A DNA stretch of 64,000 nt from Sandaracinaceae bacterium (GTDB lineage Bacteria; Myxococcota_A; Polyangia; Polyangiales; Sandaracinaceae): NCBI GenBank assembly GCA_044220955.1, contig JBGAQA010000022.1, positions 20,734 through 84,733 on the forward strand. Direction: 5' to 3'. Within the stretch, counting starts at the first letter, position 1; each line of letters opens with the position of its first letter. Shown piece after piece: positions 11,651-20,316 of the stretch. The position numbers and the translations under genes were made by a program. The notes beneath the pieces are model-generated. The model ran no database searches. It was given only the letters and a program-made list of their open reading frames with translations, and was not told the origin of the DNA.

Positions 11651-13144
11651 ATGCCGAAGATCCCGTCGTTCGTCCACGTCGTCCTCGCGCTCGCCGTCGT
11701 CACCGCGTGCAGCAACCCCGCGCCCGCGCCGGGCACCGACTCCGGGGCGATGACGGCCGACACCGGCGGTGGCGGGACCGACACCGGCCCGCGCGCCGAC
11801 ACCGGTCCTGGTCGGGACGGCGGCCCTGGCGTCGACACCGCGGTCGACGCCGCCGGCAGCACGTCCTGCACGGCGCCGATCGATCTGAACGCCATGGGCA
11901 CGGCGCTCGCGACGGGCACCGGCCGCACGATCGCGTCGAGCAACGTGTCGGCGGCGGCGGGCCCGCTCGCCGAGGTGGCGAGCGCCTGCGCCGACGACGG
12001 CATGGGCGGATCCGTCGCGACGAACGAGGTCGTGTTCCGCTACACCGTAGAGACCGGCGGACACCTCGTCGCGTCGACCGACGACCCTGCCTCGAGCCCG
12101 GACCTCGACACGATCGTGTGGATCCTCGACGCGTGCGCGGCGAGCGCCACCGAGCTGGCGTGCAACGACGACGGCCCGAACAACCTCCTCTCGGTCGCGA
12201 TGGCCGACGCGACGGTGACGGCGGGCACGACCGTGTTCATCGTCGTCGCGGGCTATGCCGGCGCGGACGTCTCGACCGGGTCGTTCACGCTCAGCGTCAC
12301 GGAGCTTCAGCCGCACGCGGCCAACGAGGCCTGCGACGCGACCAACTTCTACTGCGTCGACGGCTACACGTGCCTGCGCGATGGTCCCGGCGCGACGACC
12401 GGGCACTGCCGACAGGACGGCGGAGACAACGGCCTGTGCCGCGTGACGGCGCCCTTCTGCGACACGGGCCTGGAGTGCAGCGAGGCCGCCCCGACGGTCG
12501 ACAACACCGGCGTCTGCCAGGTGCCGATCGCGAGCGGCGACGTCTGCACGGACATCCACTACGTGTGCGTCGCGGGCAGCACGTGCCAGATGGACGAGGG
12601 GAGCACCACGATGGGTCACTGCCTCGCCGACGGAGCCGAGTTCGGCGCGTGCCGCACGACGGGCATGGCCTGCGACACGGGCCTCGCGTGCAGCGCGGCG
12701 ATGCCGACCGCCGGCGCGACGGGCACCTGCCAGACGCCGATCGTGGGCGCCGGCGCGTGCACGCAGCGCCACTCGGTCTGCGTCACCGGGTTCTCCTGCC
12801 AGCTCGATCAGGGCAGCGAGACGGCGGGCCACTGCCTCGCGGACGGCGCGGAGTACGGCCTCTGCCACCTCACGGCGCCGCTCTGCGAGACCGGGCTGAC
12901 GTGCACGTCGGCCACGCCGATGGCCGGCGACGGAGAGACGTGCCAGATGCCCATCGCCTCGGGCGCGGCCTGCACCGCCTGGCACTACCTCTGCGTGACG
13001 GGCTCGCACTGCATCCCCGACGCGGGCAGCAGCACGATGGGTCACTGCCTGCTCGACGGCGCGATGGGCGCGGCCTGCCGCGAGACCCCGCCCGAGTGCG
13101 ACGGCACGCTGACGTGCGATCCGTTCTCCGGCACCTGCGGCTGA
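11651..13144 (+). CDS. Cys-rich lipoprotein with a PPC-like beta domain and four 71-aa 8-Cys repeats
   Basis: SD AGGAG; lipobox VTAC; DT..ELACNDD motif; repeats start at 12332, 12545, 12758 and 12971 (213-nt period). Confidence 0.8.
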   Translation: MPKIPSFVHVVLALAVVTACSNPAPAPGTDSGAMTADTGGGGTDTGPRADTGPGRDGGPGVDTAVDAAGSTSCTAPIDLNAMGTALATGTGRTIASSNVSAAAGPLAEVASACADDGMGGSVATNEVVFRYTVETGGHLVASTDDPASSPDLDTIVWILDACAASATELACNDDGPNNLLSVAMADATVTAGTTVFIVVAGYAGADVSTGSFTLSVTELQPHAANEACDATNFYCVDGYTCLRDGPGATTGHCRQDGGDNGLCRVTAPFCDTGLECSEAAPTVDNTGVCQVPIASGDVCTDIHYVCVAGSTCQMDEGSTTMGHCLADGAEFGACRTTGMACDTGLACSAAMPTAGATGTCQTPIVGAGACTQRHSVCVTGFSCQLDQGSETAGHCLADGAEYGLCHLTAPLCETGLTCTSATPMAGDGETCQMPIASGAACTAWHYLCVTGSHCIPDAGSSTMGHCLLDGAMGAACRETPPECDGTLTCDPFSGTCG

Positions 13145-13168
13145 GCGAGGAGCCGATCCGCGCGGAAC

Positions 13169-13331
13169 GCAGGAGTAGCTCTCCGGCTTTCGCAAGCCGC
13201 GGGAGCCTCGGCGACGAAGCGCTCGGCATGTCGAGAAGAGCCCTGTCGCTCACGAGCGAAGCGAGTGGAGTGGGGGTGGGGCCCCGTGACCGACCCGACC
13301 GGCACGGGGCGGGGCCGGCATCGGCCCCGAG
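13169..13331. repeat. REP-like palindromic element, copy B
   Basis: Begins GCAGGAGTAG; contains GAGCGAAGCGAG and GGGGTGGGGCCCC; 3' part is an inverted copy of 8424-8490; between convergent genes. Confidence 0.75.
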
Positions 13332-13335
13332 GAAG

Positions 13336-14742
13336 TCAGGCGCGGCGCTGCTTGCCCTTGTAGCTCACGCGGATCGGCGTCCCGTCGAAGCCGAAGCGCT
13401 CGCGGATCGCGTTCACGACGTAGCGCTGGTAGCTGAAGTGCACGTAGTCGGGCTCGTTCGTCACGACGACGAAGCGCGGCGGGTGCGTCTCGGCCTGCGT
13501 CACGTAGTAGAGGCGTACCGGCCTGCCCTTGGCGGTCGGGGGCGGGTGGTGCGAGAGCACCTCCTCGAAGAAGCGGTTCATCTCCGCGGTGCCGATCCGC
13601 TTGCCGTGCTCCGCGCGCGCCGCGTCGATCTCGTCGAGGAGCTTGTTCACGGCGCGCCCGGTCTTGGCCGAGAGGGCGACGATCCGCGCCCAGGGCGCGA
13701 ACGCGAGCGTCTCCTTCGCGAGGCGCATCGCCTCCTTGCGGGCCCGCTCGTCGAGCAGGTCGGCCTTGTTCAGGCCGACGACCAGCGCGCGACCGCGCTC
13801 GGAGATGAGGCCCGCGAGGCGCGCGTCCTGCTCCGCGATGCCCTCGGCGGCGTCGACCAGGAGCACCACCACGTCGGCGCGCTCGATCGAGCGGATGGCC
13901 TTCATCACGGCGATCGACTCGACGGCCTCCTCGATCCCGCGCTTGCGGCGGATGCCCGCGGTGTCGATGAGCACGTAGCGTCGCCCGTCGCTGCGCTCGA
14001 GGAGCGTGTCGATCGGGTCGACGGTCGTCCCGGGCCGCGAGTCGACCAGCTGGCGCTCCTCGCCGAGCAGGCGGTTCGTGAGCGAGCTCTTCCCGGCGTT
14101 GGGGCGGCCGACGATGGCCACGCGCGGCACGGTCTCGTCGTAGCTCGCGCCCTCGCTCGGGCCCTTCGGTAGCGCTGCGGCGATCGCGTCCTCGAGCTCG
14201 GGCAGGCCCCGTCCGTGGAGCGCCGAGATCGGGATGAGCTCGTTCATGCCGAGCTCGTAGTGCTCCAGCCCGTCGATCGCCCGCTTCTTGTCGTCGGCCT
14301 TGTTGGCGGCCCAGACGACCTTCGCCTTGCCGCGGCGCAGGAGCTCGGCGGCCGCGCGGTCGGCGGGGGTGAGCGGCTCCGTCGCGTCGAGCAGCGCGAT
14401 CACGACGTCGGCCTCGCGCAGCGCGAGCTCCACGTGCCGCGCGATGCCCTCGCGCATCGGGTCGTCGCTCTCGGGGTCGAAGCCGCCCGTGTCGACCAGC
14501 ACCACGTCCCGCCCGCCCAGCTCGGCGTCGGCGTAGTGGCGGTCGCGCGTGACGCCCGGGACGTCCTCGACGATGGCGATGCGCTCGCCGACGAGCCGGT
14601 TGAAGAGGGTGCTCTTGCCGATGTTCGGCCGGCCCACGATGGCGACGACGGGGCGCACGCCGCGCATCGCGTCGGCGGGCAGCGCCTTCTCGCGGCGCTT
14701 CTTCGGGGCCTGGTCGGCCGCCGCTGGTTTCTTCCGGCGCAT
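13336..14742 (-). CDS. der: Ribosome biogenesis GTPase Der (EngA)
   Basis: Two G-domains (GRPNIGKS/DTGG/NKAD and GRPNAGKS/DTAG/NKAD), PGVTRDR, KH-like C-terminus; alternative start 14667. Confidence 0.95.
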   Translation of the reverse strand: MRRKKPAAADQAPKKRREKALPADAMRGVRPVVAIVGRPNIGKSTLFNRLVGERIAIVEDVPGVTRDRHYADAELGGRDVVLVDTGGFDPESDDPMREGIARHVELALREADVVIALLDATEPLTPADRAAAELLRRGKAKVVWAANKADDKKRAIDGLEHYELGMNELIPISALHGRGLPELEDAIAAALPKGPSEGASYDETVPRVAIVGRPNAGKSSLTNRLLGEERQLVDSRPGTTVDPIDTLLERSDGRRYVLIDTAGIRRKRGIEEAVESIAVMKAIRSIERADVVVLLVDAAEGIAEQDARLAGLISERGRALVVGLNKADLLDERARKEAMRLAKETLAFAPWARIVALSAKTGRAVNKLLDEIDAARAEHGKRIGTAEMNRFFEEVLSHHPPPTAKGRPVRLYYVTQAETHPPRFVVVTNEPDYVHFSYQRYVVNAIRERFGFDGTPIRVSYKGKQRRA

Positions 14743-14872
14743 CGGGGGAGCGCGATTGTAGTGGGCGCCCGCCCCGCGTCGAGGCGCGCCGGACGAATCG
14801 ATCAGCGAGCGGCCGGCTCGCCGTCGTGGCCGTCCACGCACGGGAAGCCCTCGCCGCTCGTCGCGTCGAAGT

Positions 14873-15817
14873 TCAGCGCTCCTCGCCCATCGCGAGCGCG
14901 CGCACCTTCGCGGCGTCCTCCGTCCACCCCGCCTCGACGCGGACGAAGGTCTCGAGGAAGACCTTGCGCTCGAGGAACGCCTCCATCTCGAGCCGCGCGT
15001 CCTGGCCGATCTGCTTGAGCATCGAGCCGCGCGCGCCGATCACGATGCCCTTGTGTGACTCCTTCGTGAGCACGATGGTCGCCGCGATCCGTACGAGCCG
15101 GCCCTCGTCGACCCACTGGTCGATACGCACCGCGGCCCCGTGCGGCACCTCCTTCTGGAGATGATGGAGCAGCGACTCGCGCAGCAGCTCTGCACAGAAG
15201 AAGCGCTCCGAGCGATCCGTGATGCGATCGTCGTCGTAGAGCAGCTCGGTGCCGAGGTGCGCGCGGAGCGCGGTCAAGACGCGCGCCAGGCCGTCGGCGC
15301 GAAGCGCGGAGATGGGCACCACCTCGAGCGGCGAGAGCTTCGCGAGCAAGGGCAAGAGCGTCCGCTTGTCGCGCACGCGATCGACCTTGTTGAGCGCGAG
15401 CACGATGGGCTTGCCCGCCGCCTTCGCCGTCTCGAGGACACGCGCGTCGGCGGGCGCGAGCGCCATCCCCCGCACGGCGTCCGACGCGTCGGCCAGCACC
15501 AGGATGGCGTCGACCTCCTCCAGGACGCCCTGGGCCGCTTCCACCAGCGTGCGGCCGAGCGTGCTCTTGGGCGCCTCCAGCCCCGGCGTGTCGAGGAAGG
15601 CGACCTGCGTGCGCTCGCCCTCGTCGTCGTCCACGTGATCGGCCACCCCGAGGAGCACGCTGCGCGTCGTGCCCGGCTTGGGGGACACGATCGCGAGCTT
15701 CTGGCCCACGAGCGCGTTGAGGAGCGTCGACTTGCCGACGTTCGGGCGCCCGACGATCGCGACGCGTCCGGCGCGGACGTCGCGCGCACGCGATCTCGGG
15801 GTGGACGGCTTGCTCAC
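14873..15817 (-). CDS. era: GTPase Era
   Basis: GRPNVGKSTLLN, IVSPKPGTTR, DTPG, NKVD, KH domain with SHKGIVIGARG. Confidence 0.95.
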   Translation of the reverse strand: MSKPSTPRSRARDVRAGRVAIVGRPNVGKSTLLNALVGQKLAIVSPKPGTTRSVLLGVADHVDDDEGERTQVAFLDTPGLEAPKSTLGRTLVEAAQGVLEEVDAILVLADASDAVRGMALAPADARVLETAKAAGKPIVLALNKVDRVRDKRTLLPLLAKLSPLEVVPISALRADGLARVLTALRAHLGTELLYDDDRITDRSERFFCAELLRESLLHHLQKEVPHGAAVRIDQWVDEGRLVRIAATIVLTKESHKGIVIGARGSMLKQIGQDARLEMEAFLERKVFLETFVRVEAGWTEDAAKVRALAMGEER

Positions 15818-15998
15818 GGGCGGCGGAGTGTACCGGTGCCGGCGCGCGCGTCGAGGCGGCGCGCCAGGGCTGTCGCCCATCGCCGCGGCGGGAAGAATCG
15901 CCGGGGATCCGGGACCCTCGCTCGGTCCACGGGCGCCGAGACGCGGCCCCCTCCACTCCGAGTGAATCGGAGTCGAGCGTCGTTTCCGGGACAGCTCT

Positions 15999-16604
15999 TC
16001 AGAACGTCAGCGCGGAGACGACCACCCCGCTCGGGCCCGGGGTCGCGGGCGCGGTGCCCGGGTCCTGGCCGAGGCCGACCCCGAGGCCGATCCCGACGCC
16101 CGCGCCGACCACGACCACCCCGACGATCACCCAGAGCACGGGGCTCGTGAGGAGGTCGTCGCCCGAGCCGCGATCGTCGCCCGGCGTGCTCGTCTGCGCC
16201 AGAGCGCGGCTCAGCGCATCGTCGCGCGCGATCTCCTCTTCGAGGATGTGGATGCGGTCCTCGACGGAAGCGCGGTTCGTCGCCTCCGGCACCGCGTCGA
16301 GGTAGCCGCGGAAAGCATCGAGCGCCGCCCGATCGTGGCGCAGCCGGTCCTCCACGAGGCCGATGTTGTAGAGCAGCTCCGGGCGCGCGGAGAGGCGGTA
16401 CGCCTCGCGGAAGTCGAGCAGGGCCTCCTCGGGCCGGCCCTGCTCCAGCGCCACGCGCCCGGCGTCGAACGAGGCCCGGGCCTCTGCCTCGTCGCCGGCT
16501 GCATCGCTCGACGGCGGCGCCGGGTCCGTAGCCTGAGCGCACGCGCCCGCGGCCGCGAGCCAGAGGGCGAAGGCGACGCCCAGCGGAAGCACCCCACGCA
16601 TCAT
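15999..16604 (-). CDS. Exported tetratricopeptide-repeat protein with C-terminal TM segment
   Basis: Signal peptide; FDAGRVAL...FREAYRLS.RPELLYNIG TPR pattern; hydrophobic tail VLWVIVGVVVVGAG. Confidence 0.8.
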   Translation of the reverse strand: MMRGVLPLGVAFALWLAAAGACAQATDPAPPSSDAAGDEAEARASFDAGRVALEQGRPEEALLDFREAYRLSARPELLYNIGLVEDRLRHDRAALDAFRGYLDAVPEATNRASVEDRIHILEEEIARDDALSRALAQTSTPGDDRGSGDDLLTSPVLWVIVGVVVVGAGVGIGLGVGLGQDPGTAPATPGPSGVVVSALTF

Positions 16605-16675
16605 GGGCGGGAGCGTACAACGCCTCGCGCCCGCGCGCCGCGACCCGATTGCATCGACGAGGGCGCGAGGCCACG

Positions 16676-18493
16676 ATGCCGCGCATGTTCGTCCCGCACG
16701 GGCGCCGCCGGTCGACCCCCGCGCTCGCGCGGCTCGCCGTTCTCGTCGTGACGGCGTGCGCGAGCCCGCGCGCCGCGACCCAGGTGACGGTCCTCGTCGA
16801 GGCTCAGCCGCACGTCCGGGGCGTCGCCACGCAGCTGGTCGTCCGCGTCACCGGAGGACACGAGGGCGAGACCTTCCTCGACGCGGGCGAGCCCATCGTG
16901 CGCGACGCGCCGCTCGCGTGGCCCTTCGACGTCACCGTCACGCCGGCGGGCGCCGACGCCACGCGTCTGTTCGAGGTCGAGGCCACGGCCTACGACGCGG
17001 GGCACCAGCTGGTGAGCCAGGCCCGGCTGCGTGGCGGCTACGTCCGCGGAAACGCCCGTCGCGTGACGCTGACGCTCGAGGACGCCTGCGTCGGCATCAG
17101 CTGCCCGACCGGGCTCGCGTGTCGCGACGGACGCTGCGTGCAGATCGGGCCGACCGACGACGACGCGGGCGTGCGCGACGGCGGCGGTGACGCGGGCCCC
17201 ACCCGGTGCGGAGCGAACGCCGAGTGCGACGACGACAACGTGTGCAACGGGTTCGAGACGTGCGTGGCCGGCGCCTGCGTCCCGGGCGCTCGGCTCGACT
17301 GCGACGATCACGTCGCGTGTACGAGCGATTCCTGCGACGGTCGGCAGTGCGTCCACACGCCGGAGGCCTCGCGCTGCACGCGCGACGTCGGGGGCACGTG
17401 CGATCCCGTGAACGACTGCCAGTACCCGAGCTGCACCGCGGCGAACTGCGTGACGACGGGCTGCCAGACCGCGCGCTGCAACGGCAGCGTCTGCGAGCGC
17501 ACGTTCGCGTGCGGCGCCGGGCAGTCCTGCTGCGGCAGCGCGTGCGTGCCGATGGGCTGCGAGGACGGCCTGCCGTGTACCACCGACTACTGCGGCGCGG
17601 CCGGTAGCTGCCAGCACGACGTCCACGCGGGGCCCTGCGACGATCGCGACCTCTGCACGGGCGACGGCACCTGCGCGAGCGACGGCTCGTGCACCGGCGG
17701 TGCGCGCATGTCGTGCGACGACGGCAACGGGTGCACGACCGACACCTGCGATCCCGCGCGCGGCTGCGTCTCGAGCGCGAACGCGCTGCCCTGCAGCGAC
17801 GACAACCCGTGCACGCTCAACGACTCGTGCGGCGGCTCGGCGTGCGTCCCCGGAGTGATGGACCTCTGCGACGACGGGATCGCGTGCACGCGCGACATGT
17901 GCGACCGGACGCGCGGCTGTGCCCACGCGCCGGACGACACGCTGTGCACCGGCGCCGGTGCCCACTGCAGCGCGACGGCGGGCTGTCAGGTGACGGGGAC
18001 CTGCACGAGCGCGAATTGCCAGCCCACGCCGGGCACGTGCGAGACCGCGGCCTGCTCGACGGACCTGACGATGTGCATCCGAGCCTCGTCGTGCACGACG
18101 GGCCAGATGTGCTGCGGCACGCAGTGCGTTCCCGAGGCTTGCAGCGACGGAAACGTCTGCACCGACGACGCGTGCATGCCGGCGAGCTCGACGTGCTCGC
18201 ACACGCCCTCCACCCGTGGCTGCGACGACGGTGACCCCTGCACGACGAGCGACGCCTGCTCGGGCACCACCTGCACCGGGACGCCCCTCTCGTGTGACGA
18301 CCTCAACCAGTGTACGGACGACGTGTGCAGCGGAGGGACCTGCAGCCATTCGTTCAACGGGGGTCCGTGCGTTCCGGTCAGCGAGTGCGCGGGCGACGGG
18401 ATCTGCATCGGCGGCTACTGTCGCCCGGGCACGCTCTGCCCCGGCGCCACGATCTGCTGCGGAGGCATCTGCGAGCTCCCGGCGTCCTGCTGA
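16676..18493 (+). CDS. Cys-rich surface lipoprotein with about 10 CDDGNxCTxDxC-type repeats
   Basis: Lipobox VVTAC; repeated CDDDNVC, CDDHVACTSDSC, CDDGNGCTTDTC, CDDGIACTRDMC, CDDGDPCTTSDAC etc. Confidence 0.8.
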   Translation: MPRMFVPHGRRRSTPALARLAVLVVTACASPRAATQVTVLVEAQPHVRGVATQLVVRVTGGHEGETFLDAGEPIVRDAPLAWPFDVTVTPAGADATRLFEVEATAYDAGHQLVSQARLRGGYVRGNARRVTLTLEDACVGISCPTGLACRDGRCVQIGPTDDDAGVRDGGGDAGPTRCGANAECDDDNVCNGFETCVAGACVPGARLDCDDHVACTSDSCDGRQCVHTPEASRCTRDVGGTCDPVNDCQYPSCTAANCVTTGCQTARCNGSVCERTFACGAGQSCCGSACVPMGCEDGLPCTTDYCGAAGSCQHDVHAGPCDDRDLCTGDGTCASDGSCTGGARMSCDDGNGCTTDTCDPARGCVSSANALPCSDDNPCTLNDSCGGSACVPGVMDLCDDGIACTRDMCDRTRGCAHAPDDTLCTGAGAHCSATAGCQVTGTCTSANCQPTPGTCETAACSTDLTMCIRASSCTTGQMCCGTQCVPEACSDGNVCTDDACMPASSTCSHTPSTRGCDDGDPCTTSDACSGTTCTGTPLSCDDLNQCTDDVCSGGTCSHSFNGGPCVPVSECAGDGICIGGYCRPGTLCPGATICCGGICELPASC

Positions 18494-18561
18494 CGCGAGA
18501 GGCGTGTGCGCGCGCCGCGCGCGGTGGCCCGTCGACCAGCGTCTCGCGCTACCATCGTGCG

Positions 18562-19440
18562 ATGAATCCGCTCGTCCTCGCCGTCGTCGCGCTCGCTTTG
18601 CTCTCCGCCTCGAGCGGGCTCGCCCAGGACGTGGACGCCGGGGACGGAGTCGCGCACTCCGGGATGGCGCAGGGCAGCGCGCACATCACCACGTCGACCG
18701 GCATCTCGCTCTCCCTCGATCCCGTCCCGGGAACGAGCACCGCGCGCGTGCAGGCGATGGGCCGGGCGGTGGAGACGCGCATGGCCGCCGTGCGGACCTG
18801 CTACCACGCGGTCGTCGCCCGCCGGCCCACCGTGACGGGTGTGCTGCGGATGCAGATCACGCTCGCCGCCGGCACGGGCGCCCCGGCGGTGACGGTGACG
18901 GAGGACGGCGTCCACGACGCCGAGCTACTCACCTGCTCGCAGGCCGCGCTCGCGGCGATGCCGACCGACGCCATCGAGCGGCCGGCGTCGGTCATCGCCG
19001 TGCTGACGGTCGCGAACTCCGCCGCCGAGGGCACCGCCGTCACCGCCGCGCGGGCGGCCGAGGGCGAGGAGGTGAGCGTCGCGCACGAGGGCGCGCGCGG
19101 GTCGGCCACCAGCCCCGCGGGTGACGTGCGCTTCGTCGTCCGCGGCCCGGAGGGCGCCGCCGACGAGCTCGTGGCGGAAGCGTACCGCGTCGTCGCCTCG
19201 CAGCTGCCGGGCATGCGCGACTGCCGGCGTCACGCGACGCGGCGCGGGCGCTCCCCCGCGGGCGTGCTGCACGTGGACTTGACGATGACGGCCGGGCAGC
19301 CGCTGGGCGCGCACGTGCGCGAGAGCAGCGTCGCCGCGCCCGACGCGCGCGCGTGCGTCGAGCAGCGCCTCACTCGCGCGCCGCGCGTCCCGGCGACCGG
19401 CCCGGCCACGCTCGACCTCGAGATCACCTTCGCGCCGTAG
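18562..19440 (+). CDS. Exported protein with two AgmX/PglI C-terminal (TonB-C-like) domains
   Basis: Signal peptide; two units of type VRTCY...P.VTG.L...C and MRDC...P.G.L...CVEQRL. Confidence 0.6.
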   Translation: MNPLVLAVVALALLSASSGLAQDVDAGDGVAHSGMAQGSAHITTSTGISLSLDPVPGTSTARVQAMGRAVETRMAAVRTCYHAVVARRPTVTGVLRMQITLAAGTGAPAVTVTEDGVHDAELLTCSQAALAAMPTDAIERPASVIAVLTVANSAAEGTAVTAARAAEGEEVSVAHEGARGSATSPAGDVRFVVRGPEGAADELVAEAYRVVASQLPGMRDCRRHATRRGRSPAGVLHVDLTMTAGQPLGAHVRESSVAAPDARACVEQRLTRAPRVPATGPATLDLEITFAP

Positions 19441-19449
19441 CGGGGAGCG

Positions 19450-20037
19450 GTGACCGCCAGGATCAAGGGGGCCTCGATGCGCGAGATCCTGCGCTGGCAC
19501 GAGCGCAACGGCGGGCGCGAACACCTGCGCAGCATCGGTCTGCACCTCCCTCCTGCGCTGCGAGCGCACGTCGACCTCGAGGCCGAGGCGCTCGGGATCA
19601 TCCCGAGCGTCTGGTACCCGGCACCGCTCGCCCACGCGATCCTCGACGGCATCTTCGCGAGCCTGCCGCGGGACAAGCGCGCCGAGCGGATGCGCGAGGG
19701 CGCCCACGCGGCGATACGCGTGACGGGACGCGGCGTCTACCGGCTCGTGCTCGCGAAGCTCGCCACGCCGCGGGCCCTCGCGAGCAACATCCAGCGCCTC
19801 TGGAACCTGCTCTTCGACGACGGCGACCGGACCTTCCGCCTGACGTCGCCGACCGAGGTCGAGTCCGTCACGAGCGACTGGGCGGGGCACGGCGCGATGC
19901 TCTGCGAGCTGATGACGGAGAACACGGCGGCGGTGCTCGAGACCATGGGGAACAAGAACGTCACGGTCGAGCGCGTGGCGTGCGTCGCGCACGGCGCGCC
20001 GAGGTGCGTCACGCGGTTCCGCTGGGACGCTCGCTGA
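19450..20037 (+). CDS. Myxobacterial V4R/DUF2378-like protein
   Basis: IKG start motif, WYP, terminal C...G...C..RFRW typical of V4R-like small proteins. Confidence 0.6.
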   Translation: MTARIKGASMREILRWHERNGGREHLRSIGLHLPPALRAHVDLEAEALGIIPSVWYPAPLAHAILDGIFASLPRDKRAERMREGAHAAIRVTGRGVYRLVLAKLATPRALASNIQRLWNLLFDDGDRTFRLTSPTEVESVTSDWAGHGAMLCELMTENTAAVLETMGNKNVTVERVACVAHGAPRCVTRFRWDAR

Positions 20038-20050
20038 TCGAGGTGCGCGC

Positions 20051-20195
20051 TCACTCCCAGTAGCCCGCCATCAGCTCGTGCGACCACGCTGGCTGACGCA
20101 CCTCGCCGCGCGGCCCGAGCTCGCTCATCCAGGGCTTCAGATCGAGCACCGGCGTGCCGTCCACGGCGTCGAGCCTGGACCACGAGCACGAGGCC
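20051..20195 (-). pseudogene. trmO: 3' remnant of TrmO/TsaA (YaeB-like) SAM-dependent tRNA methyltransferase, frameshifted and 5'-truncated
   Basis: LDAVDGTPVLDLKPW...RQPAWSHELMAGYWE; the preceding GLVLVVQ is in another frame (CAG-G-CTC-GAC at about 20174). Confidence 0.65.
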
Positions 20196-20316
20196 ACGAG
20201 GCCTCCGATCGATGCGTGCGCGCGCTCGCCGCGCGCTCGCGATGGTACTGGCCATCCCGCGGCCACCGCACCGAATTTCGCGAACGAGCGAGTCTTCCTG
20301 GTATCGTCGTCCCCGC

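Noticed and set aside
15955..15974. Hairpin ACTCCGA-GTGAA-TCGGAGT sharing GAGTGAATCGG with about 49594
   Set aside because: An 11-nt match with unrelated flanks; not enough to call a repeat or regulon
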